Shown here piece after piece: positions 12,364 to 25,004 of a DNA stretch of 64,000 nt. Within the stretch, counting starts at the first letter, position 1; each line of letters opens with the position of its first letter. The notes under the pieces were generated by a model. The model was not told where the DNA came from, did no database searches, and saw only the letters and a list, made by a program, of their open reading frames with translations. The position numbers and the translations under genes are program-made. Source of the DNA: Eutreptiella sp. 'Long Island Sound 2002' (Eukaryota > Protista > Euglenida); contig OZ038379.1 of the NCBI GenBank assembly GCA_964036045.1, positions 9,114,001 through 9,178,000 of the forward strand, read 5' to 3'.

Positions 12364-13299
12364 TATGCGCGCGGCGCAAGTACTCCTGCAGACTCCCCGG
12401 TCTGTCCTGAGACTCATAATGTGCCACAGCATTCAGGCAAGAACCGCTTTCTGCTGTGAGCGACTCTGAGCTAACCAAGAACAGCCCCTCCTACTTGGAA
12501 TGCATTCGCACTATCAGGTGTAGCGGCCGCTACGTGCATGCCGGCCCTGTTTACCTTGTGTACTGCTGTGGGGGTGGTCACAGTAGCGTCAACTTGTTTA
12601 CAGAGGCCGGGGGGGGGGGCTTGATGTTGTGCGGGCACGCGGCGGTGCAACCGTTAGGGCAACTAGGGGCAGGCATATAGGCGCTGCGGTCTTTATTTTT
12701 TGTTGCCTCTTTGTGTGTTTTTTGTGGGGGGGGAACTACTTTGGCCGTTCCTGGATACTCACCTCAAAAGGTGCGCACGCGGCGCAAGTACTCCCTCAAC
12801 GAGGGATATGTTGATTGGCTCTCGAGGTGGTTTCTTCCTCTGGAGGATGTCTTCACAAGCGCCACGGGCTTTTCCAGGGCAAGCGTAGTCACGTATCCCT
12901 TTCAGCTCTTCACGGCCGTCTCATTCCGGTATTCATGCCTGCGGTTTTTCGATGTTCCATAGAAGCGCTGTACTCCCTATTCTGTAGCATGTGTAATGGA
13001 GCATGCCCACCAAGAAGGGGCCACGGTTGACACCTGCAAGATGGTTGCTGCTGCTGCTGCTGCTGCTGCGGCTGTTGTTATTGTTGCGGCTGTTTTGGAG
13101 AGACCACAGAGTAACAGCCAGGGGACTGTGCATGGTGCAGCACAGCTTCCCAAAGGCTACAGGACTCTTCAATGGCGGCGACATCCAGTCTATTAGCATC
13201 GACCATTTGACCCCCATCCCCAAAACAACAGGCTGCTGCACGTTTCGGATCCAGGAATTCTGATTGAGTTGAAACTCCCCTTTGCACAACAACCGAAAT

Positions 13300-14152
13300 A
13301 GTGTCCACCTGCTGACAGGTGTCGCAGGGTTGTTGGCATGGGGTGGTTATCTGATAGGGTGATCAGTTGCAATATGTACAGTGAGCTCGAGTTAACACAT
13401 ATCCAACAGTGGATGGCGCCAGTCATATGACCTATGACCTAATCTCCAACCATCTCTGAATCCTTCATCCAGACTTCCAGCAGCGCATGTTCCGGATAGC
13501 TCCAGAGGCACTGTACTGATGAACAGCTCTTCCCATATATTTTCATCCCTATGTAACCCCAAAGCACCGACACAACTGCAAAACAGAAGTGCCATTTCAC
13601 CCAGTCCCTCACTCTTTTCACCGCTGGCCAGCAATACAGTCATCTCCTACTACGACAAGGTACATGACAAATGATGCCCACTCTTTGTTGGTTTCACTGG
13701 TACTTTTACAGTAGTTCCATCACACATCCCCTCATGTACTGCACCACAGCTCGTTAGTTGCGACCAGGCCTCAATTGTGGCGGCATCTTGTTGTTCCAAT
13801 CCCATGGTCTTGTGGATCACCCCTCAGGATTGCAGTGCCTGCCTGGCCCGATGGACCCTAGTTTTCCTTGATGATACACTTGTCAAAAGGAAACGGGCAC
13901 ACTGGTCCATGATGGAAATCCTGATGAACGTTAGAACCCCATGCATTTGCCACACAACACGTCTGAAGTTGTGCTAATGAGAGGCAACATATCCAATGCA
14001 CCACCACTCTTTGCATCTGCCCAACAGCTGAAGTGAACACCGTTCATGCACCCTCTCCAGCCCCCATTGCTAGCACCACCTTGTCTGACCATCGTTTTTC
14101 TGACCACAGTTTTGGTGGCGAAGGATGCAAGATGACATAATTTTGAGCCCAT
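13300..14152 (-). pseudogene. Possible highly decayed piggyBac-like transposase
   Basis: Minus-strand fragments GVHFSCWADAK...LISTT (cf. WxDxKxVxxLST) and KYMG (cf. YNKYMGGVD), with many stops and frameshifts. Weak. Confidence 0.22.
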
Positions 14153-14580
14153 TGTAATGCGAAATAGGGGAGAAGTGTTTCTGCCTGAGAACGTATCCCA
14201 CTATGAAGGGGGGGGTTGGACACACTGCGCACGCACTGCAAGTGTTTGTTTCTGCTGGTTACCAGGGGTCACTGTTTGACATACTGGCAGCTAAAATGTG
14301 GACCTTGTCTGGCCCCCCCCTCAGAGAACTTTGATGCGGCAAAGGTTATGCAGCCATTGTTTCCTCTTTGTCTCCCCGTTCTCGGATCTGGTGACTGTTG
14401 ACCTTCCCACTCGATTTGCTTCTGGTGGCATTGGGGCGCATCATCTGGATTTCATATCTTGCACGGCTTTAGCTGCAGATTTTCGGTTCAGACCATGAGA
14501 GCATAAAGGCTATTTTATTGTTGTTTTCGCTCTGCACAATGGGCCCCAAGTACCCTAAGACCGGTTGCCTGTGAATTGTG

Positions 14581-14905
14581 CAAAAGGGGGAGCGTTAGCG
14601 CGCCGGGCATCTTTTTTTGACCATTCCCCACCCGTGCCTGTTTTTGCCCCCACCTCACCAAACAATTTGGAGTACCTTCTCGTCGTGTCTAAGAATCTGG
14701 CCCATCCTTTGCACCCAATTTATGACGATGGCAAGGGTGGTGGTTGGAAGTGGTGGGGGTGACATTTTGTGTAGTTGAATTCTCATATCTCGGCTTATGC
14801 AACGTGCTTTGCAGGGAAGGTTTGCGGTGTAGTGCGGTCTACTTGGGGGACTTCCCAAGGTGAGGATAAACCTGGGGCTAGAGATAAGATACTGGTACTT
14901 AATAC
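14581..14905 (+). repeat. Dispersed ~325-bp repeat, copy 1 (other copy about 33048-33375; partial copy about 15546-15665)
   Basis: Alignable from caagggggag..ttagcgcgccggg..atctttttttgaccattccccaccc to gaggataaac.tggggctagagata..atac..taatacaa. Confidence 0.85.
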
Positions 14906-14929
14906 AAAGGGGGAACGTAAGCGCGCCTG

Positions 14930-15218
14930 GCGCGCACCGGGCATCTTTTGTGACCCGTGCCCCACGGGTGGCCTTCTGAGGGGTGCGCTAAGGGGGCGCA
15001 CTTAGTGCAGTGCAGCTATTTGGGCGTCTGGCTGTACTAGAGACCCACACTTTGAGATACTTGGAGCATCGTGATGACCCCTAGCGTAGGTTTTGACTTC
15101 TGATTTTGTCCCCTTTGTTGGGGACCCCTGAGAATGTAGGGGTGACGTAGCATTTACGCCCTCTTTTGGGCCCCAACCTTCCGGTGCTATTGAGGAAACC
15201 GGGACAATGTCTGAATCC
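14930..15218 (+). repeat. Dispersed ~290-bp repeat, copy 2 (of 4976-5262)
   Basis: Direct sequence match; abuts the 325-bp repeat. Confidence 0.85.
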
Positions 15219-17007
15219 ACGCTTTGTTGCGTGGCCCTCAAGTTGGGGTTAGGGACTCACAATCCACGCTTTGTTGCCTGGCCCCTCAATTTTGCATCCG
15301 GAGGCAAGTCCGTCACCCCCCCTACGGACCGTGGGAGCATGTCCCGCCTCATGTTTGGACTGACCAAAGTCGGCCGCCACGCAAGATGAGGCAGAGGATG
15401 AGGCAGAAGTGTGTGTGTTGTGTTGCCAGAAGCGCTCCACCGTCGCATTTTGTGATGAGTGTTAGGAGCACTATTGTACTGAATGTATTGACATCCACAC
15501 TTGCGGGACCAATGTTGTTTGTTAAGTACAATACTGATGACAGTTGGAGTTGCTGAATTCACAGATATTGCTTTATTATGCAACGTGCTTTGTAGGGAAG
15601 TCGTGCAGTGCAACGTGGTCTACTTGGGGGGCTTCTCCATGAGAGGATAAATCTGGGGCTGAAGTCGGGATAGTTAATAGAAAAGTAGCGCGCCGGGCAC
15701 GCGCCGGGCAAACATTCCCCCAAAGGTAGCGCGCTGGGCATGCGCCGGGCGCGCGCCGGGCAAACACTCCCCCCAAAGTACCGCCCAGTCTACCGATGGA
15801 TCTCCATCTGACCATTGTTATCACTCATTTCTACTGTGCTTGTGCAAAGGGGAGAAGGTGTTGCCTGGGTCTCCTCATTGGGTTTGGTCCATCACGGCGA
15901 TGCCTTTTTCCTCCATAATGGATTTGCAAGCTGCCTTCTTCCCTGCCTCAGCAGTGTGCCACACCATACCTACACCATCTGCAACAGTGTTCCTAGTGTC
16001 AGAGCCGCTTTCTGCAAGCCATCCCAACATCCTTACGCACACGTTGTGAAACCACCTGAGCACTCTCCTTAACACTCTGTGATCCACTTTTGCCAAACAC
16101 AACTGTGGCCCTGCTCAGTCAGTCACCTTTATCTTAACTTTACATCCGCATGACTCACATGACATGTCATTGGCTGGCATTTTAGCTTCTCTGTAACTTG
16201 TGCTGTCAAATACACAATGAGGTCAGATCTTTCTGTAGCACATTGTGCCATTACATAGCGCTCGGGGATGCAGTCTGACAAGTGCCCTGATGAAATGTGT
16301 TCAACTGGAATATGGTGAACTAAGACTGTTCCTGCAGGGTGACCATAAATACAACACTTGAAGCATTGTGGCAGGGTGTGCAAGGTTATCAAGGTGTGTG
16401 GGCTTGTGTGGAGAGGTGCATAGTTGTGCCAGGATGTGAAGCTGTGATATCTGATTTGGGACATGTGGATCAGAGAGTGGGATCCTTTTCCAAGGTTGCA
16501 TAGGTGGATGAAATGACTCATTCCTGTGGGTTTGAGTTGGCAGCGAGCAGTGGCACGAGAGTGGGAAGAGGGGGCACTGTGGGTGGAGGTGTGGAAGCAT
16601 GCATGGACTAGGAATGGCCTTAAGCAGTCAGCTTGGATGCATGAAACGGCGAAGTACCATGAGAAGCTCACACAGAACCTATGGAGAGAGGCACAGCACC
16701 ACACCCGCAAGAGTCTGAGATGAAATCAGAACCTAGAATTGGTCAGAGGAGTGAGGGCTATTTGAGGTATTGAGAAGGCTGAGAGAGGGTGTGTGGTGCT
16801 TGAACAGAGGCCACCCTAGGATAGATAGCCAAAGCAGTTTCAGCAAGGGAAGCGAGATATACTGAGCTGGGCAACTATCCTGGGGAACTATGCTGAGCAA
16901 TGTCTGCCTGCAAACGCGTGGCCTGAAGGCATACCCTGATGGTTGTTCATACCTCTACTGCAAATCTAGTGGGCCCAGATAGTCCTTGGATAGACTAGCA
17001 TGTAATA

Positions 17008-17200
17008 TCTCTCGGGGACATCCGTTTTATGCCAACACGGAGCGCATTCGCAATTTTTCGGGGTTTTTTCAAGTTTTGGTCCAATGCACCAAAATTTCGT
17101 TCCGTACGGGGGGGGGGGGGGGGGGTATGTGTATGCTTTTTGAAATCTGTGAGAAAAGGCCGTTTCAGAAATGTATGGGTTGGGGGGGGTAGGTGGTCAC
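17008..17200 (-). mobile_element. Truncated end of the same TIR family as 11483-12363
   Basis: Reverse complement aligns to about 12184-12365 and begins ta|tctctcggggac. The partner end was not found. Confidence 0.7.
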
Positions 17201-20200
17201 AGTTTTGAGCACAGAGCTGAACAAGAGACGACACACAGGACGGGGCACTGCTCCAGGGATCACTCATTATTCGGAATCCGAGTCGCTGGATAGGTCGCTG
17301 TCATTGTTGCCCCCCTCCACGAGGGTGGGGACTCCATTGGGGCACACATCCCCCTGCTTGTGACTGGGAACATATTTCTTCATTTTTTCCCAATCCTGTA
17401 GCCTGCGTGCCTTGACTGGCACCCATCCTGTGTGGCGTTGCCATGATTTCACCCCCCAACCAAGGGCCGCACTCAGGACTGGTGGACCCCCCCCCCCCAC
17501 CCAAAGAAAGATCCTTTTACAAGGTTGCAGAGAATCTACAATCGAACAATTGTCACCCATGATGTTACTTAGGTAGGTTTGTCAGTGCTTGCAAGGTGTC
17601 CACCCCTGCGCCCCAGTGTCCAACAAACACCATGTCCAACAAACACTGCTGTTGGACCATATTTTTTTGGGACCCCAGTGAATTGAGTAAAGCAGCATCA
17701 TCACAACACCGCCTTTTGAACCTACTCGAGAGGTTGAGGCCGATGTGGAGCCATCATCGGCAGCCCCACTTTTGAACCTTCTCAAAATCAGGCCGGTACC
17801 CCCCCCCCCCCCTTGTATAAGCTAGGCCCTTGTCCAAGCTACAGCGGGTGTAGGGACCGTATTAATTTGGTACCTAATTTGATTCGCCACAAATGTAGTG
17901 CGGCCACATAAGACATGGGTTTGGTGACAAATTTGCCAGCTACATAGAGTCATGGACACATTTTTTTGTGAGTGTTTGCCCACTTGAACCCACATAGCTC
18001 TGATTTTGGGGATATTTGTGCATTATATTCCCCTTTCTTGCACCAGCTCGCCATGCAATCTTCTCTTTTTGAACCTGGGGGTCTACGGCCTTGTCCAAGC
18101 TACAGTAGGCGTAGGGACCGCATTAATTTGGGACTTTTGCGTAGCTTATACAAGGGGGGGGGGGGGGGGTAAGAAGAGAGTTGGTGGGGCGCAATGGGGG
18201 CATGTTGCGTGCCAGGTAGGGATGGATATAACATATGCGCATTTAACTTGGTGGGGGTGGGTGGGTGGGTGGGGGGCTCTAGAGGGAGCAAATATGCACA
18301 CGTGCAAATGGTGGCACCCATCAACGCGATGCTGACAATCTTCCATTCTCACAGCCATACCAAGAGGTGCTCCACCCTTGCACAATAAAAATCACACACA
18401 ACATTGTACACTTGTGATGACTTTGCTGGACACCGTTGTGCTGATTCCAAAAAAACAATTTTCACTTGTTCTGAAATTTGGGGTCCGGATCCCCTCCGGC
18501 GCTGTGTTGGTTCGGGTTAGGGGTCCCACATTTGGTAAATCATAAACTGTCAACCCGGGGGGGGGGGGGGGCTCCCTCCTGCTATATCCATCCGTGCTCC
18601 CAGGATGGGGGGACCACGCTTTAGGCCCAAGCCTGTTGTGGCAACAAAAGAGGGCCTGCTGGTCGACACCATGGCATATTCCCAGGAAGGTCACTCTGCC
18701 CCTGAACTGACCTTTGATTGTCTTTGGGACTCGTTGGTTTGGCCAGGTCGTGGGGTACACAAAGATGTTCAGGCATTGCTTGGAGCAGTAGATGGTGTCA
18801 GAGACACTGTTTTTTTTGGAAGGGTCTCCCACATTATTTGGTCTGCCATTGGAATCTGAGGGCAGGGTTCACTGGGATGGCAGGGGTACACAGCACATGG
18901 CCAAGTGGTTTGGCGGCACAAGGGTTGCGCTTGCCACAAGTTGTACCGATCCTGAATGATATTTGGTCTGATCAGTCCCAGGTCTCAACGGTGCATATAT
19001 AGGAAGTACATGTCCCCCGCCTTCGCACGCCAGCCGCTGTGGAGGCCATGGCTCTCCCCACACAGGGCCACCTCAATTTGAATTACTCGGGTGATCCTGG
19101 GGAGGGTATGCTTCCTAGTGCCTCCACCTTTGTTATTCCCTGGAAGGAAACAAGTGTTTTTGCAGGCGGCGACCAAATACTTGGTTAGTGCCTAGTTGTC
19201 ATCTCTGTACCATTCAACTTGTTTCTGGTTTTCTGGCCCGTCAGAACCAATCACCCCACACACCCACAAACCCATTAGAAGCAGCATTAAGGCACCACAG
19301 CCGCAGTTCCATGCAAGGGGTAGCTGTCATGGAAGGGCTTGTGACACCCCAAATATGCCTGCATTTTCGACCCTACTCATTCTTATCCACCTCTGTCTCT
19401 CCGCCTTTAGGGTCCAGGGAAAGTGGGGAAACCGAAGTAGAGGAACGATTGAAGAAATGCCCCAAGTGAAGGTCACATGCATATTGGACAACCGAGTTGA
19501 CTTGTGGGTTGCCAACAACCAGGACTGACAGCACTCACGCACCCATACCTCTGCAGCCTGGGGCTTTACCACCCATGCCAACAAGTCATGGGCATTCCCA
19601 TGTCCTGCACAACGCCCACTAGCTCGCGCTTCGCCCTTGTTAGCACCACTGGTAAGTCCTCTGAAACAGCTGCTGGGCGCGCTGTGAGCGCCCAGAATTG
19701 CTTGTACCCCCCCCCCCCCCTTTGTCCAAGCACTGCCTTGTCCAAGCACATGAGCCCGTCTGACCGTCGATTTTTCTGGATTTTTCTGACCACGGTTTTC
19801 ATGGTCAGAAATGTGACGTTACGGGGTTGTGCTTCGGGTGTAGAGGGAAGGGGGAGCTGGATCATGCTTCTCCATAGTTCTTCCTGCTCATACCAACATT
19901 CCACTTGCAACTGCAACCCAATGCTGTCTGCTTGGGTGTGATTTTCAGCCATGGTTGATGTTGCCACTCCTGGTACGAGGGATGGTGGCGTGCCGTACTA
20001 CATTGACCACAATCAGGAAATCATGGGTGGATGATGAAGTGCAGATTGTGTGGGCCAAAGCGGGCCGTGGGATTTTGGAATGTCTTTGAGGGCAAGCTTT
20101 ACTTCACCAAAGATATTGTTGATGACGGTCTGGTCCCAAGGAACAGGAAGCCTAAAACCATTCCAAAATCTGAAGCCAAGCCTGCTCCAAAGCCTGCCCC

Positions 20201-20838
20201 AAAGGGCAAGCATGTGCAATTGTTCAAGCTCAGGCACAAGGTTGGAAAGGGCTTCTATTCCACAGCTGCTGATGCCCCTCATGGGCAGTGAGGACCTCCA
20301 GAACATGCTGAAATTTGCCTGCACATAGTGTTGTAGTGCCCTGTTGCAACATTTGTGGTTAGGGTGAGGTGCGGACAGGTTTTTGGCGACATATGTCCTT
20401 TTGGTACCGCGCGTCGTGTACAAGCACGGGCTTGTCTAAGCACACGAGCCCGTCTGACCGTTGTTTTTCTGACTTTTGGCGTGCTTGGACAAGGGGGTGG
20501 GGGTACTGTTTGGGGTGAAGAAATGAACAGGACATCTGACAGGACGCGGACGTTGTCACCCAGTGGACAGTGCCCAGTAGACTTGTTGCCGTGAAGGGTG
20601 GGTGTAGGAGGTAGTGGTTTCTCAGATTTTGGACACCATGCCGGGCTTGGTATCCCAACGCCCCCCCGAGTGACTGGCCCTGTAGCATAAAACTGCAGTT
20701 AGTATAGCGCAGCGGGGTAACGAAAGTTCTGCCACCGGGCCCCCAGCACCCCCCCCCCCCCTGTCCTGCTTCCCCTCCTCCCTCCTCCCCTCCTTAGCCT
20801 TTTTATAATTTAAAGGCGGGGGTACATCGGGTCATCCA

Positions 20839-22029
20839 ATGGGCTCGGCCAAAAATGATGGGGCTTGGGACTGGAGACGTCTAAAAGACGAGGACCCCGC
20901 CGCGAAGTCAACAGCATGGGCCCACCTGATTCAGACGCCCTGGATGGCCCGTATGATCCCGCTTCAGCATCGTACAGAGGTGCTGGTGGCGGGCGTGGCA
21001 GGATGGTCTCGGGACGGAGTCAGCTGGAGTGCGGTGAAGCTGGCCAGGACCTTCCATGAGACGCTGGGGATCGCGTTTCAATCCCCTGATCCGCAGCGGT
21101 ACGTCGACGCGCTGCTGTATGGGCTGACACTTGCCTGGGGAGTAGAGGTGACTGCGTTCAGCCTGTCTGCAGAAGAGGCGGCCGTCGGGTTCGCTGTCTG
21201 CGACTTAATCGCCAAGCCGCCTGGAAAATCGGCGAGCAGGAGAGGAGGAGTGGGGATCAAGGGTGAGAGACACTCTCAGGGGAAGAACGCAAAGCCCGAG
21301 ACCAACAGTGGTATGGTTCTGGACGAGGAGGCGGGCGCCGGAGCCGGTGAGCGCGAAGGAGGTGGGGGGCCGGCCGCGGCTGAGGAGGACGAGGAGGACG
21401 AACTGACATACAAGGAGCCCAGCTTCAAAAATGCCAGGTGGATGAGAAAGAGGCCCGGGGCCCCGCGGTGGACGGTCAAACTGTGCCGCCTGGTTGAGAG
21501 GTTAATGGAGGCCGAGGAGTCTGAGACTGCGGCAGAGGTGTCCACGATCATTGACGATGTCTGGCAATTGCTCCTTGATTGCGACAAGTCGGGTAAGGAC
21601 GCGGTCAAGGCAAAAATAAAGGAGGTCAAAAAGAGGAACAAGAAGAAGGCCAAAAAACAGAGGCGAAAGGAGAAAAAGAAGGAGATGAAGGAGCGCCGAT
21701 CATCTCGGAGGGGAAAAGGGAGGCGCAGGTCCTCCGACTCGGATTCGTCGTCCACGGACAGTAGCAGCGACAGTGCGTCCGATACATCATCCTCGGCAAG
21801 CTCCAGCTCATCGGGGCGCCACTCAGAGCGCAAAAGCATAGGTGGCACGCAGGGGAGCACGAGTCAGCCGGAGTTCAAGTGGATAGACGGAAAGCGCCAC
21901 TTCCGCAGCAAGAAAACAGGAGACTGGGTTAATTGCGAAAACCCTCCAAAAACGGCATGCCCGGAGTGTGGTGGCCACCATTGGTGGTTTGACAGGGAGA
22001 AGCACGGGTGTAAAGGCCGAAGGAAGTGA
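20839..22029 (+). CDS. Gag-like ORF1 of the YR retrotransposon
   Basis: 396 aa and intact, with acidic, Lys-rich and Ser-rich tracts, and C-terminal CENPPKTACPECGGHHWWFDREKHGC. Confidence 0.7.
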   Translation: MGSAKNDGAWDWRRLKDEDPAAKSTAWAHLIQTPWMARMIPLQHRTEVLVAGVAGWSRDGVSWSAVKLARTFHETLGIAFQSPDPQRYVDALLYGLTLAWGVEVTAFSLSAEEAAVGFAVCDLIAKPPGKSASRRGGVGIKGERHSQGKNAKPETNSGMVLDEEAGAGAGEREGGGGPAAAEEDEEDELTYKEPSFKNARWMRKRPGAPRWTVKLCRLVERLMEAEESETAAEVSTIIDDVWQLLLDCDKSGKDAVKAKIKEVKKRNKKKAKKQRRKEKKKEMKERRSSRRGKGRRRSSDSDSSSTDSSSDSASDTSSSASSSSSGRHSERKSIGGTQGSTSQPEFKWIDGKRHFRSKKTGDWVNCENPPKTACPECGGHHWWFDREKHGCKGRRK

Positions 22030-22137
22030 CTGCGGAGCCATGACGATGGAGACGGGGCTGCAGGAGGCACGCGGGGGGACGAGGAGTGCGAGCGCGAGTG
22101 GCCGTGGGCGACCGCGCGCGACAGACTCGAGGCGGCG

Positions 22138-23258
22138 ATGGCTGACGAGTACGGGACGGCTTTTGATGCCACGACAGTGCGGGGCCTGCAGGATGGTACC
22201 CTCGACGGGTATCTGCGGCAGCTCAGGCGACTGGCCAGGCTGGAGCCGATGCGACCAGGCGACGGTGCTCCGGGTATACTGGAGGCCAGGCTCATGCAGG
22301 TTGTGCAGGGCGACCTGTCAGAGAGCGCCGCAAAAATCGTTCTGGCTGCGGCGAGGCTGGCCGAAAAAATGGAGTGGCTTGCCCCGGTGGTGCGGAAGTC
22401 TGATTGGTACCTGGTTATGTCTATCGAACAGCGGCGGTGCAAAGAGCAGCGGGCGGAGGCGAAGGAGTAGGCGCAACTGGAGGACCTGTGCAGGCTGTGT
22501 GCGGCTGCCTCCAGCTTTGCGGAATGGGAGGCGGTGGCGCTGGCGTGCGTGTCGGTGGGACACTGCCTGCGGGGTTCCGAGGCGGGGGGTGGGGTGGGGC
22601 AGGAAGATGAAGGAGTGCGGTTTTTCGGAACAAAGTCCAAGAGGGGGGTCCAGCGACAGGAAGTGGGGCCCTGGGTGCGAGAATGGTTACAGCTCCTGGC
22701 GAAACTCAGGGCACTCAAGGGGTTCCACCCCGACAGGGGGGCGTGGCACGAGTCCAGGGAAGCGCTGGGGAAGACGTTGGTCAGCCTGCTGGAGAGGGGG
22801 GAGGGGAAGAAAACTGTCCGGTGGCACAGTTTCCGTAGGATGGGGGCAGCACAACTTCGGAAAATGGGGGCGCCGCTCACAACAATCATGCTGTGGGGGG
22901 GGTGGAAGTCAGCGAAAGTCGCGCAGATGTATACCGAGGCCCCCCCCAGGTGGAAGTTTGCCCGCTCGGGAAAAATCCCATGGCCCATGTGGGGGGGGGG
23001 GGGGCAGAGCCAGGCTACTGCACAAAGCAGGGCTCCACACTCTCTTTCTGGCCGTCATGGATACGCCGGGAAATCGCCTTCGCGGCCGGGGAAGCTTCCC
23101 GACTTGCTGGGGGATCGCCTGAGGGGGCTGAGAATGCACGCAAACGAGGAAGGACAGTGTCCCCGAGTGCGAGTGCTGCGAGGACAGTTGCGAGATGCGG
23201 CGAGGGTGATAAGCGAAATGCGGGGCGTCAAGGTGCACAGGCAAGAGATGGTGCGTAA
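22138..23258 (+). pseudogene. Tyrosine recombinase of the retrotransposon
   Basis: ORFs 22138-22470 and 22534 onward are in the same frame, separated by one TAG (KE*AQ, probably from TGG). Catalytic R (LRGSE), HxxR (HSFRR), W (WGGW) and Y (AQMYT) are present. The C-terminus probably shifts frame at the poly-G near 22990 into ...FWPSWIRREIA.... Confidence 0.85.
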
Positions 23259-25004
23259 CCTCATTACGGGGATGGGTGAGGCAGTGCTCAGACTTGAGTG
23301 TGGAGAGGAGGGTCTGGATACGCTGTGCAGTGTGATGACAAAAGTTGGGGAGGGGGACTTAGACGAGGAGGACGATGGGTACTAAAGTAGTAGTGACGAG
23401 GAGGGGGTGGTTACCGAGGAAATGGCTGCTCGGGGGGTGGGGGAAGCGGGGTGTGTGACAGTGTCGGATAAGATCTGGAACAGCCTGGTCCCTCGTGACC
23501 TTCTGGGGGTGTACCGGAGGCAGTTGAGGGAGGACAGTGCGGGGGTTGAAAAGTCACAGGGGGGGAGACCGGGGCCTGTGGATGCAATGCTGGAATCCCT
23601 CAGAACTGAGACTAAGGGACTGCGCAGAACAAAGCGACCCGAGACGGCCAAAATGTTCCTTACGTGGAAGAATGCACTAAAATGCCGAGCCATTCTTGAT
23701 GCGCGGGGAGTCAACGCAAGCGACCCCCGGAAGCCCCCAAAGTTCAGACTCCCTGGGCTGGAGGCCATCCGCCACTGGATGGGACGTGCGCGCCCTCGGC
23801 GTGTGGGGGGAGGCAGGTGCCGTGTTTTTTTGGCTATACTGGACCTGCAGAATGCTTACTGGAGCATCCGCCTCCCCACCGCATGGCGCAGTGTTTTTGT
23901 GGTGGGGGGGCGGTCGGGTAGGCGTTTTCGATATGCAAGGCTGCCTTTCGGATGGGCCTATAGCCCTGTGATATGTCAGAAGCTGGTATCCTCTGTTATC
24001 CGGGGGGCCTTGTCGAGACGTGGTGTGCGGGGTTGGGTGTATCTGGACGACATTTTACTGTCGTGCAGGAGCAAGAGTCGGCTCAGGGGGGCTGTGAGGG
24101 ACTGCATTCGAAGGCTGAGACGTGTGGGTTTTATTGTGGGGGCCAAGTCCGAGCCGGAACCAACTGAGCGCCTCGGTTTTATTGGTAAGCAAATTGACAC
24201 CAAACCTGGGACAATCAGCAATGCGGTGGGTGCCTTGGTCGGTGCTTTCAGGGCGTGGGTCAGGGGGGTGGGCAGGGGGCGCCTGCCCTCAAAGGTTATG
24301 GAACGCCTCCTGGGTAAACTGTGCTGGCTGAGCAGGCCCAATGCGGGTCTGGGCGCCTTCCTGGCGGGCGCATATCGAGGTTTGCTGAGTGGGAAAGGGG
24401 TGTTTGGGAGGGGGGTCTGCCCAGGGGTGGCGACAGTGCTCCTGTTTTCTTGTGTCCCTCAGCGGTGTGACCCTCCAGGGCCTGGTGGACGAGGGGCCTG
24501 GGAGGTGTTCGTGGATGCGGCTCCAGAGGGCAAAGTTTTTCGACTGGGAATTGTTGGGGGGGGGATTACTATCGATCGGAGGTGTGTCCGCCCTGGGTGG
24601 ACTCCCTGCAGCAGGCGGAGCTGTATGCGCTGTACATCGTTATTAAGGTGGCATCCTATCGTGGTTTTGAAAGAATTCGTGTGGGTTCAGACAGCAACGT
24701 AGCTAGGTCTCAGATTAATGCGCTGCGGGCGTCAGTGCATGCTGATTCTCAGCAGCGAATACTCCGGCGCCTGTTTTGGCTCAGGTGCTGGAGTACTGTT
24801 AGTGTCGAGTCCTTCAGGGTGCCGTCTTTTTTAAACGCGGCCGACCCCCTGAGTAGGGAGACAGGCTTCCAGTCTCGGAAACAGGCCATTGCCGAAGCAG
24901 CAAGGCGTCGTGAGATGTGGGAAAGAGCCGTCGACACGAAGTACATGGGACTGATGGAGATGATTCGCCCCCCGTGGAGATTCAAGGGGGAGGTGGGGGA
25001 CTGA
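23134..25004 (+). pseudogene. Reverse transcriptase / RNase H (pol) of the retrotransposon
   Basis: The frame from ATG 23134 runs through one TAA (23383-23385) into ORF 23407-24702, with YLDD at 24040-24051. RNase H continues in ORF 24582-25004 after a poly-G frameshift. Confidence 0.9.

Larger units (their letters stand above)
20839..25004 (+). mobile_element. Tyrosine-recombinase retrotransposon with Gag - YR - RT/RNase H order (VIPER/TATE-like)
   Basis: Gag-like ORF with a terminal Cys/His knuckle. YR motifs CLRGSE, HSFRR, WGGW...MY. RT motifs LDLQNAYW, LPFGWAYSP, YLDD. DIRS-type RNase H FVDA...QQAELYA...GSDS...NAADPLSR. Disrupted by TAG (22468), TAA (23383) and two poly-G frameshifts (about 22990 and 24560). 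Confidence 0.9.

Noticed and set aside
16129-16960. Trp-rich decayed frame, possibly a LINE tail
   Set aside because: No diagnostic motif could be identified.
19940-20330. WW-like (PYYIDHN) and BED-finger-like (KCRLC) peptides
   Set aside because: Short matches interrupted by stops, with no splice-compatible or extended homology.
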